A DNA stretch of 64,000 nt from IMG/VR virus record IMGVR_UViG_3300030110_003801, positions 64,734-128,733 of that record. One strand, given 5' to 3'. Below are positions 10,265-18,659 of the stretch, piece after piece. Position numbers and translations under genes: made by a program. A model generated the notes under the pieces. It worked only from the letters and a program-made list of their open reading frames with translations. It ran no database searches and was not told where the DNA came from. How positions within the stretch are numbered: the stretch's first letter is position 1; every line of letters starts with the position of its first letter. Source of the stretch: a virus.

Positions 10265-10582
10265 TTATTTTTTAGTTGTACGTTTTCGTTTTCTTACAGT
10301 GCTATTCTTTCCATTCCTAGCCCTGTTCTTACTTGCTTTTTCCATACCTCTAAATCCCTTACCACCTGACTTATGGGAGGCGTCTAATCCGTCTTTATTT
10401 CCATAAGTACCATTTTTCCTGTTAAAGGCATTCGCTTCAACTCGTTTCTTAACTGCCGACCTTTTCTTGTTGTACCTCTTATCGTACTCGGCTTTCTTTT
10501 TTCTAGCTTCAGGATTAGCAGCGTAATATCTTGCACTCTTCGACTGCCCCGTTCTCTTACCTGCTAATGTATTCCTTGCCAT
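10265..10582 (-). CDS. Small basic protein, degenerate HNH-like
   Basis: DGLDASH...SKNRARN. Confidence 0.6.
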   Translation of the reverse strand: MARNTLAGKRTGQSKSARYYAANPEARKKKAEYDKRYNKKRSAVKKRVEANAFNRKNGTYGNKDGLDASHKSGGKGFRGMEKASKNRARNGKNSTVRKRKRTTKK

Positions 10583-10588
10583 AATGAT

Positions 10589-10813
10589 TTATTTTACGCC
10601 ACAAGATAAGGATTTATCCTTTTCCTTGGTAAGATATACCGTAGGCATATCGTAAACTCTTTCGGCTTTTCTAACTTTATAGCCTTTATCAAAGTGAGTA
10701 TCTAGGAAAAAAACAAAATCTTCTATCTTACGAAAAACAATCCTCATAGTCATATCCCGACCATCGGGGTGTACTACGTTGATTATTCTTCTTTTATATT
10801 TGCTCTTAGACAT
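10589..10813 (-). CDS. Hypothetical protein
   Basis: Start placed at ATG 10813 because a promoter-like motif occupies 10826-10834. Confidence 0.55.
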   Translation of the reverse strand: MSKSKYKRRIINVVHPDGRDMTMRIVFRKIEDFVFFLDTHFDKGYKVRKAERVYDMPTVYLTKEKDKSLSCGVK

Positions 10814-10847
10814 ATCAATTAACTTAATATACAAAAATTGTTATTTA

Positions 10848-11090
10848 CTAATCCACAATTTCTTGGTTAAAATCACGTAACTTTTCTAAGTCATCTTCAG
10901 CAACATCTTCTTGTTTAGGAATATCTACCCAACCAATAGCATTTTCTTCTTTACTAAAAAGCAACGCTTTTTTTTTGCTCACGTCTATAAGGGTTATAAC
11001 GACCCCAACGTTAATAAGGTTCACTATATCCGACAGTTTTACCTCGTCTGTCCACCTGACAGCTCCCGAAACATAATTAATTATATACAT
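10848..11090 (-). CDS. Hypothetical protein
   Basis: 80-aa ORF tightly packed in the operon. Confidence 0.6.
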   Translation of the reverse strand: MYIINYVSGAVRWTDEVKLSDIVNLINVGVVITLIDVSKKKALLFSKEENAIGWVDIPKQEDVAEDDLEKLRDFNQEIVD

Positions 11091-11092
11091 CT

Positions 11093-11524
11093 TTACTTGT
11101 TTAATGGTCCTAATGTTGTTGAATTGACTTCTACCTTAGCCTCTGTAGCAACAAAATCTTCAGGCTTGGCTCCATCTCTATAAACACCGAGAATCCAATT
11201 TTGGAAAATCTGTGCATACTCTTTCGTGTTCCCCTTATCATCTTTCATAATCAAAGGGTATCCTGTTTGCTGACCCAAGATTACAAAATCCCCGGGACGC
11301 ACATTCACACACTCAGGACCGACTTTTAACACCTCATACGCTAAATCGTCCTCTGTGATAGACCTAGCTCCTTTTTTAGCCTCTTCAGGAATCAATATAC
11401 CCGAATCAGTAACGTCCTTAACTTCGTGCATCTTAACTACAATCCCGTCGTGAAGAGGGTGGTAGCTGTCTAGTGTTTGGTTATAGCCATTGTGCTTAAT
11501 ACCAACTAATGAATACTTACTCAT
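11093..11524 (-). CDS. groES: GroES/Cpn10-like co-chaperonin
   Basis: PLHDGIVVK, mobile loop TDSGILIP, VLKVGP..V.PGD.V. Confidence 0.85.
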   Translation of the reverse strand: MSKYSLVGIKHNGYNQTLDSYHPLHDGIVVKMHEVKDVTDSGILIPEEAKKGARSITEDDLAYEVLKVGPECVNVRPGDFVILGQQTGYPLIMKDDKGNTKEYAQIFQNWILGVYRDGAKPEDFVATEAKVEVNSTTLGPLNK

Positions 11525-11548
11525 ATCTATTTATTTAAAATTTACTTA

Positions 11549-11704
11549 CTAAAACGGAAGGTCCTCTAACAACATTTTAACATCGTGCGCTAAATCCCTC
11601 TCGTAACTCGTTGCATCTCCAACCTCTACCAAATCATCAAACCCAACTGTTGGCGGTTCAACTTTATCGGCATTTGGTCTGTATATAACTATCAAATTCT
11701 CCAT
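11549..11704 (-). CDS. 51-aa acidic microprotein ending EDLPF (not in the ORF track)
   Basis: Manual translation: MENLIVIYRPNADKVEPPTVGFDDLVEVGDATSYERDLAHDVKMLLEDLPF; fills the operon gap. Confidence 0.65.
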   Translation of the reverse strand: MENLIVIYRPNADKVEPPTVGFDDLVEVGDATSYERDLAHDVKMLLEDLPF

Positions 11705-11741
11705 ATCTTAACTAGATGCGGCAGCATCTCGACGCAAATTT

Positions 11742-11996
11742 TTAACCCCTCTTAAGGTACAAATTATCCAATCCATCACCCTTATCAGGGTCTATCCAAT
11801 AAACACGGTCGTTCTTCTTAGTGTCCATGAACAGCTTTGCTACCAAATTCTTAACTCTGTGCATCTTGCCCGACAAATTTACAAAACGGCTATCTGTAGT
11901 AAGGACTTTTCCATGCTTATTCCTTATCCTACCCAAAGAAGACACCCAATACGTACCATAGGGTATCCACACCTCAACCTTCGTTATATCTATCAT
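11742..11996 (-). CDS. NUMOD4/HNH-like protein, degenerate
   Basis: YWVSSLGRIRN...HRVKNLVAKLF...DNL; catalytic His not evident. Confidence 0.6.
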   Translation of the reverse strand: MIDITKVEVWIPYGTYWVSSLGRIRNKHGKVLTTDSRFVNLSGKMHRVKNLVAKLFMDTKKNDRVYWIDPDKGDGLDNLYLKRG

Positions 11997-12714
11997 TTCG
12001 GCAAAATTTAGAAAACTATAACTGTAAATAAGAGACCCTTATAGCATTTCTATTTACACTAAGTTAAAAATTATTCACACTAAACCCAAAATATAGCGGT
12101 TTTTTCTCAATATCCACCCCAAACACCCCATAAGTACCCCTCTTTTTGAAGCGCCACCCCTTTCGCATACAGGGCATTTCTAAGACATCTTTATCTCAAA
12201 CATGTACTACGACAACCAAATCGACTAGAAGTAAGCAGGGCAGGGTTTTAGAATAAATCTCACGAGGGGGGTAATAATATTTATTATTTGCATTGGCGCG
12301 CGAATCGAAAGGCGGTGGGGTGTTTTTCAGCTCAAAATTGGGTCCCATTAAAAAAATGTTTCCTCAATACCCTAATGTTTACAATACTTTGCGGAGTATA
12401 ACAATACAAAACGTTTCCATAATAGTGATAGTAATATAGTACTCAATAACCGTATTTCTATTTAACATAATAAGTATTATAAGAAACGGCTTTTTAACAT
12501 AACCCTTTGAAAACTAGGCAATTAATCAAAATTGTTTATCAATTAAGCCGAAAACCTAAACAAATTGACCGTTTTTTTTAATCTGTTTTTATTTCGCTTC
12601 AGTTAGGTTATCATTTTTTAACCCTTTATTTGTTGCCCACCAAAAACGGAAATTTCAAAACGTGTTGTTTCTTGCTTCTTATTCTCTTAATAGGTTAATA
12701 GTGTTTTATTGTGT

Positions 12715-12792
12715 GAAACGGTAACGGAAACGGAAACGAAAAACAGGAGCTAAAACAAGAGCTAAAACAGGAGCTAAAAACAGGAGCTAAAA
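12715..12792. repeat. Hexamer repeats (GAAACG) followed by 4 x AAAACAGGAGCT
   Basis: Directly visible tandem repeats in non-coding DNA. Confidence 0.85.
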
Positions 12793-13021
12793 AGCCCATA
12801 AATAAAAAAAATGATATATAAAAGAAAAACGTAAAAAAAAATATCAATTTTGCGCCTAATCGATTAACTAAGTTTTTTAATACTAGGATAAGCAAGAGTT
12901 AAAAAAAGTGCGTTAAAATGGCTTAAAATGAGTTTTAGATATTTTTACAAATTTTGTCATGTTAATTTTTTTTATTATACGCATGCGGGCGTTTCTATAT
13001 TAAAAAAAGGTATTTTGCTCT

Positions 13022-13236
13022 TAACTACTTGATAATCAATAACTTGCAAATAACCAATAAAGCTAACTAATTGATTTATAGTAAGTTAGCATTTCACCAC
13101 TATCATCAAAAAAAACGTTTCCCCTTGTAACTACTTGAAAAACAGACAGTTAACCAACTAAAAAATTTAACCAAAAAAAAAGTGAAAAAAAATTAAAAAA
13201 AATTTTACTTGTAACTAATTGAAAAACAAGTAGTTA
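13022..13236. repeat. Four 25-bp imperfect palindromes, TAACTA(C/A)TTGA-n9-AGTTA
   Basis: Copies start at 13022 (right arm degenerate), 13064, 13128 and 13212. Confidence 0.8.
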
Positions 13237-13278
13237 TAAATAAGAAGTAAAAAAAAATGATGGAAACGAAAAAAAAGT

Positions 13279-13310
13279 TTTGTTTTATCGAAAGTAATGA
13301 CGTAGATTTG
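13279..13310 (+). promoter_or_regulatory. Bacteroidota primary-sigma promoter (early)
   Basis: -33 TTTG at 13279-13282, 20-nt spacer, -7 TAGATTTG at 13303-13310 (consensus TAnnTTTG). Confidence 0.8.
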
Positions 13311-13316
13311 TAGAAG

Positions 13317-13831
13317 ACAAAAACATATAACCCCAATGAAACCGACCTACAGGTCGGGAAGGTAAAATATATACATATACGAGATAACGAGAAGCTGTGC
13401 TTCTTCAGGACTGCTGTGAGTAAGCCCGAAATTCGAACCCCATACGGGGGTTATCGGACGGTAGGATATACTGCTCACGGAATGAAACTTCGATGCTACG
13501 ATTAATTTTGTAGGGGGGAAACCCGTATTCGATTCCGTAATCTTTAGGCGTGGAAGCTAGAGGACAACCCTTGGCAACACGTAACCGAAACAAGCGAAGC
13601 GTTGTAATGGACAGGATACGTGTATCCAAACCAACACGACGGTACGTGGGCTGTAACAAGTGTGCCTGTATGGGACAGGGCAATTTACGGCGTATAAATG
13701 AGGCGACACACAAGGACTTTTAATGAGCTTTGGAGGAGGCTGTGGGACACTTGTGTCCTGTTAAAAAAGTGGTAACTCTTTACGTAGGTGAATACGTTTT
13801 GAGAGACGGTTCGATTCCGTCGGTCTCACTA
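13317..13831 (+). ncRNA. Large structured non-coding RNA candidate (~510 nt), family unassigned
   Basis: Starts just after a consensus promoter; GC-richer than its flanks; many helices with G-U pairs; GAAA and CUUG tetraloops; ends in a tRNA T-arm-like hairpin. Confidence 0.7.
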
Positions 13832-13852
13832 AACCATTAAATTTTATCAATT

Positions 13853-14311
13853 ATGAAGATTTCAGTAGAAATTTCGCAAGATGCTACGGTACGTAGTATG
13901 GAATTTGATATTCCAAAAACTGAGCTTAAGGCTCAAATCAATGCAGTATCTGACAGTTTAGCGTCGTACATTCACAAGCGTGTGAAAAGTGCGAAGTCGC
14001 AAAACAAACATTATTTGAAGGCTAACAAGCCATTGAGTATTCGTATTCAAGCAGGTACGAAAGTAGTATTTAATTCTAAAAAGTTGGATTGTTTAGACGC
14101 GCTAGGCTTCGAGTTGAAGTTTAATAGTCTACGCACACCCCAACAAATCCAAAACCTCAGTCGAAAGTTAAAGTTTGCTATGGACGAATTCTGTACGGAC
14201 TTCCGTATTGTAGACTTCGGTGATGACGTACTGGATTCCGTGGAGAGAACTATTGACGCTATGGACGTTCAATGGCTTAAGGAGTATTTAGCACAAAAGG
14301 AAGCAAAGTAG
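13853..14311 (+). CDS. Early hypothetical protein
   Basis: 152-aa ORF with AT-rich leader. Confidence 0.75.
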   Translation: MKISVEISQDATVRSMEFDIPKTELKAQINAVSDSLASYIHKRVKSAKSQNKHYLKANKPLSIRIQAGTKVVFNSKKLDCLDALGFELKFNSLRTPQQIQNLSRKLKFAMDEFCTDFRIVDFGDDVLDSVERTIDAMDVQWLKEYLAQKEAK

Positions 14312-14335
14312 GGAGGCGACAAGCCAAAGTTTCAA

Positions 14336-14357
14336 GGGGAGGGCGTATGCTCTCCTC
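14336..14357 (+). other. Stable hairpin immediately 5' of the tRNA
   Basis: GGGGAGGGC-GTAT-GCTCTCCTC; no U tract. Confidence 0.5.
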
Positions 14358-14362
14358 TAAAA

Positions 14363-14434
14363 GCCCCATTCGTCTAATGGTTAGGACGCACGGGTTTCAT
14401 CCGTGAAATAGGAGTTCGAATCTTCTATGGGGTA
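14363..14434 (+). tRNA. trnE: tRNA-Glu(TTC), CCA not encoded
   Basis: Acceptor GCCCCAT/ATGGGGT, D arm, anticodon stem CACGG/CCGTG with loop GTTTCAT, T arm AGGAG-TTCGAAT-CTTCT. Confidence 0.92.
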
Positions 14435-14449
14435 CTAAATTTATATACT

Positions 14450-14878
14450 ATGCTAACAAGTGATGTCTTCGACTTGAATGAGTCGAGCTTTAAAGGGCGT
14501 ACGGCTATGCAATATTTGTATGGTACGCCAAACGGTAACGTACGAGTGGTATTCTCGGACGGTATCAGAAACGATAGACGTGTGTCGTCGCATTTCAAAA
14601 CTCCTGTCAAGTACCTTAGTCATAAAGGCTTGGGAACGTGCGACACGTTCACTACCATCAAGGGTGGCAAGTCTGCAAAATTCGATAGGCTTGTTATTAA
14701 ATTTGAAAAGGCGCAGTTAAAAGTTCCTAAAGGATACGTTGAATACATACAACGCCCCGAAGTTTACGACTTTGATGTACTAGAGGACTTTGGTATTAAT
14801 CGTAAGGATGTAGGCGAATATTTGGGAGTCGGCAAAGTTCACAAAAAGAAAAAATTAATAATTTGTAAAGCAATTTAA
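14450..14878 (+). CDS. Hypothetical protein
   Basis: 142-aa ORF in the early operon. Confidence 0.7.
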   Translation: MLTSDVFDLNESSFKGRTAMQYLYGTPNGNVRVVFSDGIRNDRRVSSHFKTPVKYLSHKGLGTCDTFTTIKGGKSAKFDRLVIKFEKAQLKVPKGYVEYIQRPEVYDFDVLEDFGINRKDVGEYLGVGKVHKKKKLIICKAI

Positions 14879-14883
14879 TAGAT

Positions 14884-15189
14884 ATGGAGAATTTGTTTAA
14901 AGATGTAGAAAAAATTATAGACAAGTCTTATGAAACGTCCATATTTAGTGTTTGTGGGTTAATAAGACGTTTTTGGCGCACCAATTATAACACAGAAGAC
15001 TTGAAGGTTGCCTATAAATACTTTGATGAAACAGTACAAGATATTGATAAATCAATGTACACTTTAGGAGTAAATAGTTCGGTAACAAACAACAACACCG
15101 TTTACCTACACCTAGTCAATATTAGAGAGTTTTATGTTGAATTGGCTAAGGGTATACGAGAGGAATTAAAAAGAAGGGATAACCTATGA
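14884..15189 (+). CDS. Hypothetical protein
   Basis: 101-aa ORF. Confidence 0.7.
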   Translation: MENLFKDVEKIIDKSYETSIFSVCGLIRRFWRTNYNTEDLKVAYKYFDETVQDIDKSMYTLGVNSSVTNNNTVYLHLVNIREFYVELAKGIREELKRRDNL

Positions 15190-15314
15190 CTAAATTTAGA
15201 ATAGTAGACAGGCAAGCCAACACGTTAGGTTACGTGATGGCAGAAACAGAATGGCACGCCCGAGCATTAGGATTCGGATTGTGGTCGCAAACATTTAAAG
15301 CAATAAAACAATGA
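15186..15314 (+). CDS. 42-aa microprotein (not in the ORF track)
   Basis: MTKFRIVDRQ...; ATGA overlaps with neighbours on both sides. Confidence 0.6.
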   Translation: MTKFRIVDRQANTLGYVMAETEWHARALGFGLWSQTFKAIKQ

Positions 15315-15526
15315 CAAAGTTAGCAATGACGCATTACCTAGATACGCATAACAGACGTATAGTTAAGACAATGAATCAAGAAGGTACGAAATGGTGGATA
15401 CAAATGGATGACGGCTCAGCAGAGCAATGTCCTAAGTTTATGGTTAAACTCTTTGAGTCTAGCCAAAGGATAAAATTGCTCACTAAGATTGGGCATTGGG
15501 AAAGTTTAAGAGGAGTGTTTTTATAA
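15311..15526 (+). CDS. Hypothetical protein
   Basis: 71-aa ORF. Confidence 0.65.
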   Translation: MTKLAMTHYLDTHNRRIVKTMNQEGTKWWIQMDDGSAEQCPKFMVKLFESSQRIKLLTKIGHWESLRGVFL

Positions 15527-15541
15527 ATCAAATAAATAGTT

Positions 15542-15697
15542 ATGGCAAAACAAATGACGTTTAACCAAATTAAACAAAGGTTAAACGAGTTAAGAAACGA
15601 ATACGAGGAACTACATAAAAAAGGTGTAGCAATAGTGCGTAGGCGTATGGAATTAGAACAAGAACTTAAAGAAATAGAACAATCAATAGATAAATAG
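15542..15697 (+). CDS. 51-aa coiled-coil microprotein (not in the ORF track)
   Basis: MAKQMTFNQIKQRLNELRNEYEELH...; fills the gap. Confidence 0.65.
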   Translation: MAKQMTFNQIKQRLNELRNEYEELHKKGVAIVRRRMELEQELKEIEQSIDK

Positions 15698-15699
15698 TT

Positions 15700-16101
15700 A
15701 TGAATATAATTGACTTAGAAGACGTACAGAGGTACGAAAGGGAAATCCTGTTAGCCCTAGATGAGCATGCTAACATGTTTAAATTAATAGGTAGTAGTGG
15801 TAAATGGGGAGGCGTAAACGAAACGCCTAGGTATTACAATATCCACGACTTAGAAGACAACATGCTTCAGTTTAGAAGTACACAAAAGCATGGACTTGGG
15901 TTTAGTATCCCATTAAAGGGAGACGACATAAGAGATGACAATGAACTTTTGGATTATTCCGACATTTGGGAGTGGTTCAAAAAGTTGAGGACTAACTTTC
16001 TCATTGACTACCACCCTACAATAGACGCAGGGTATCCGTACTTTGAGGATTTTGATTATTCATTACGGCTCAAAAAATCAGGAGCGATTAGATTATTTTA
16101 A
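15700..16101 (+). CDS. Hypothetical protein
   Basis: 133-aa ORF. Confidence 0.7.
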   Translation: MNIIDLEDVQRYEREILLALDEHANMFKLIGSSGKWGGVNETPRYYNIHDLEDNMLQFRSTQKHGLGFSIPLKGDDIRDDNELLDYSDIWEWFKKLRTNFLIDYHPTIDAGYPYFEDFDYSLRLKKSGAIRLF

Positions 16102-16122
16102 ATTAAAACAATTATTATTATT

Positions 16123-16758
16123 ATGGAATCAAGGAGACACGTTGATTACAGATTCAGAAATGAATCAGAAATGGTCGCTACATTAGGCGAGAATTGGAGA
16201 GATAAAATTAGGTTTGGTTGGTGTCCCGACATGGACAACCTACTTGGTAAGCATTTTTGCACACTAGATATAACCTTAGCAAACGATTCTTACGACTCAG
16301 ACAAGATAGCGTATGTGAAGGGGGGAGAGAGGCAATATACTATTTCCTATGGCATGCTAGTACATGAGCAATCAGGAGGGCGTAAGATTATTCTAGCTCC
16401 TATTACAAAAGAGAGTATGCTGAAGCATAAGGACACTAGGAATTACTTGAAGGGAAGCGTCAATGGTTTAGAGTTTCTTGTAGTTGGCTCTGACTCAGAG
16501 ATTCATCTAGTAAATAAGAAGATAACTCTTACGATTAATCCGATAGATTTCACCATCACCATAATCGACTACCTTGACAAAACAAAGGAGGAGATACAAA
16601 GTGTAAATGATATCTTTAAGGAATTATTTACAGAGAGAGCTGAATTGGTTGATGGCACGTTCTTAGAAACAGACAAGTACACATGTGTGTACGAGGATAC
16701 CGTTACTAAATTTAATTACGCTTCAATGAAGCATAATGAAGACAAAACATTCTTTTAA
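16123..16758 (+). CDS. Hypothetical protein
   Basis: 211-aa ORF. Confidence 0.7.
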   Translation: MESRRHVDYRFRNESEMVATLGENWRDKIRFGWCPDMDNLLGKHFCTLDITLANDSYDSDKIAYVKGGERQYTISYGMLVHEQSGGRKIILAPITKESMLKHKDTRNYLKGSVNGLEFLVVGSDSEIHLVNKKITLTINPIDFTITIIDYLDKTKEEIQSVNDIFKELFTERAELVDGTFLETDKYTCVYEDTVTKFNYASMKHNEDKTFF

Positions 16759-16782
16759 TTATATACAAAACCGTGAATTAAC

Positions 16783-18399
16783 ATGAGTACATTTATTGGA
16801 CAGGAGAATACGTTCTCCTTTGGCGAACCTTTGTTACACGCCTTGATGAGTATGCAATCGTCTTGTAAGATTGCGAGAACTTTAACTAGCAAACAGTTTC
16901 CTTTGGATGCTGTTGTTGTGTTTGATGGACACTACGACGCAGATAAGGACGGCAAGATATTGTTTGCCAAACAAGTTGGGGATACAACCCAACAAATGAA
17001 GCCCGGCAAGTTCTTACGCAGGGTGTTTCCTACTATTACGAAATACTGTAGCGACCAAGACATCGAGAGGTTTGTGAATCTGTTAAAGTCTAAGATGTGT
17101 AATGGAGACATCGAGATATGGGAGGGAGACGACATAGTTAGGTCTTACAAACGTGAGAACCATTACTCAGATAGCGGACCGCTTGGGTGTTCATGTATGA
17201 ATAACAAGTCATACACAAGTGCCTACACTAGCTCTTCAAACAAAAGCCTACACCCAAAGGTGGCTTGTGTTATGAAAGATGGAAAGATTGCAGGCAAGTC
17301 CCTTATATGGGACAATGTAGAGGTTTACATGGATGGCGAATGGCAGACACGTAAAGTAATGGATAGGATATACACTGTTGAGGACAAGTATATACAAGCT
17401 GTAGCCGAGTGGGGATTTATGAACGGGTACATTGTTCGTGATGAACGGAACTACGACGAGCGTATGAAATTCTACTTTGACCTATCAGACTTCAATACGA
17501 GAAATTACAGACACCTTTCCATGAGGGTTGACTCAGCCCTGTTTAGTGAGGCTGACTATTTCCCTTATACTGATACGTTCCACTTCGATGACGACTGCTA
17601 CATAACTAATGATGACGATGGTTGTTATGAACGTTCTTACTGCTCTACGGGTGGTGGCTCTTCTGAGTATGAAGATGAGGATTATGTTACCCTAGCTTGT
17701 GGCGAAAGAGTACATCAAGACGATGCTACATGGGTTGAAGATAGAGGTGAGTACTATTGCAACGATGACGTTACATGGGTAGGAGATTACGCTTACCACT
17801 ACGACGATGTTGTTGAAGATGTTGATGGAGATTACATACACAATGACAATGCCGTAGAGACATACTTTGGAGATACCGTACATGAAGACCGTATCGCTTC
17901 AACCGATTGTTCAGACGCATACAACTACATAGATGAAGATGTTGACAATGGTAGAGTTGTAATGGCTACAGCAGGAGAATACGAAGATGGTTACATACTA
18001 GCAGATGATTCTGTTGAGTTGGGAGATGGCACGCTTGTACATACTGACGACGATGTTGTTAAGGCAACACTCGGAAAATACGAGGATGAGTACATACTCT
18101 TGTCTGATTCCGTTGAGATAGCAGATGATAACATTGTACATGATGACGACAGCACCGTTATAGCAACGGCAGGTATGTACGAGGGAGAGTTTATCCTTGA
18201 AGATGATTCTGTTGAGTTGGCAGACGACATCGTACATACTGACGACGACACTGTTACTGCAACATGGGGAGAGAATGATGGGCTAGATATATTAGAGACT
18301 TTATCCGTAACGATAGACGGACATATCATGCACGAAGATGAGGAAGATGACTACATCGCAGAAAAACAAGAGAGAGAAGAGAATGAAGAGAATGAATAA
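16783..18399 (+). CDS. SCM/DRIY-motif protein, paralog 1, with acidic C-terminal repeats
   Basis: MKPGKF, LGCSCM, GKSLIW, MDRIY and FPYTDTF are shared with 20873..22588. Confidence 0.8.
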   Translation: MSTFIGQENTFSFGEPLLHALMSMQSSCKIARTLTSKQFPLDAVVVFDGHYDADKDGKILFAKQVGDTTQQMKPGKFLRRVFPTITKYCSDQDIERFVNLLKSKMCNGDIEIWEGDDIVRSYKRENHYSDSGPLGCSCMNNKSYTSAYTSSSNKSLHPKVACVMKDGKIAGKSLIWDNVEVYMDGEWQTRKVMDRIYTVEDKYIQAVAEWGFMNGYIVRDERNYDERMKFYFDLSDFNTRNYRHLSMRVDSALFSEADYFPYTDTFHFDDDCYITNDDDGCYERSYCSTGGGSSEYEDEDYVTLACGERVHQDDATWVEDRGEYYCNDDVTWVGDYAYHYDDVVEDVDGDYIHNDNAVETYFGDTVHEDRIASTDCSDAYNYIDEDVDNGRVVMATAGEYEDGYILADDSVELGDGTLVHTDDDVVKATLGKYEDEYILLSDSVEIADDNIVHDDDSTVIATAGMYEGEFILEDDSVELADDIVHTDDDTVTATWGENDGLDILETLSVTIDGHIMHEDEEDDYIAEKQEREENEENE

Positions 18400-18419
18400 A
18401 TATAAATCACTGTCAACAA

Positions 18420-18659
18420 ATGAAAAAATCACATTATGAACCACCTCAAGAGATTACTGATGTTTATGGAAATAGTATTCTTATACTACATTTTATCGGC
18501 AATATGTACTTTGTCTACCCTAACAAACAGGCTTATATCAGCCATAAAAAGGACAAAATAATAGAGGCAGAGTATTTTATAGTCTACCAACACGTCCTAC
18601 CAAAACTTAGGACTTTAAGTGTTGTTAATTATCAAATTATTAAAAGTAAATACCAATGA
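18420..18659 (+). CDS. Hypothetical protein
   Basis: 79-aa ORF, ATGA overlap with the next gene. Confidence 0.55.
   Translation: MKKSHYEPPQEITDVYGNSILILHFIGNMYFVYPNKQAYISHKKDKIIEAEYFIVYQHVLPKLRTLSVVNYQIIKSKYQ

Noticed and set aside
12695-12895. 66-aa hydrophobic ORF
   Set aside because: It is the translation of A tracts and tandem repeats (FSSC repeats)
12715-13236. CRISPR array
   Set aside because: Repeats are either directly tandem or degenerate with unequal spacing (17-59 nt); no cas genes
13405-13713. 102-aa minus-strand ORF
   Set aside because: Antisense to the promoter-driven structured region, no recognisable protein features; probably a by-product of higher GC
13317-13836. tmRNA (or RNase P / intron RNA) identity for the large RNA
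   Set aside because: A T-arm is present, but I found no matching 5' acceptor strand with a G3-U70 pair, no adjacent CCA end, no ALAA-type tag, and no RNase P or intron core motifs
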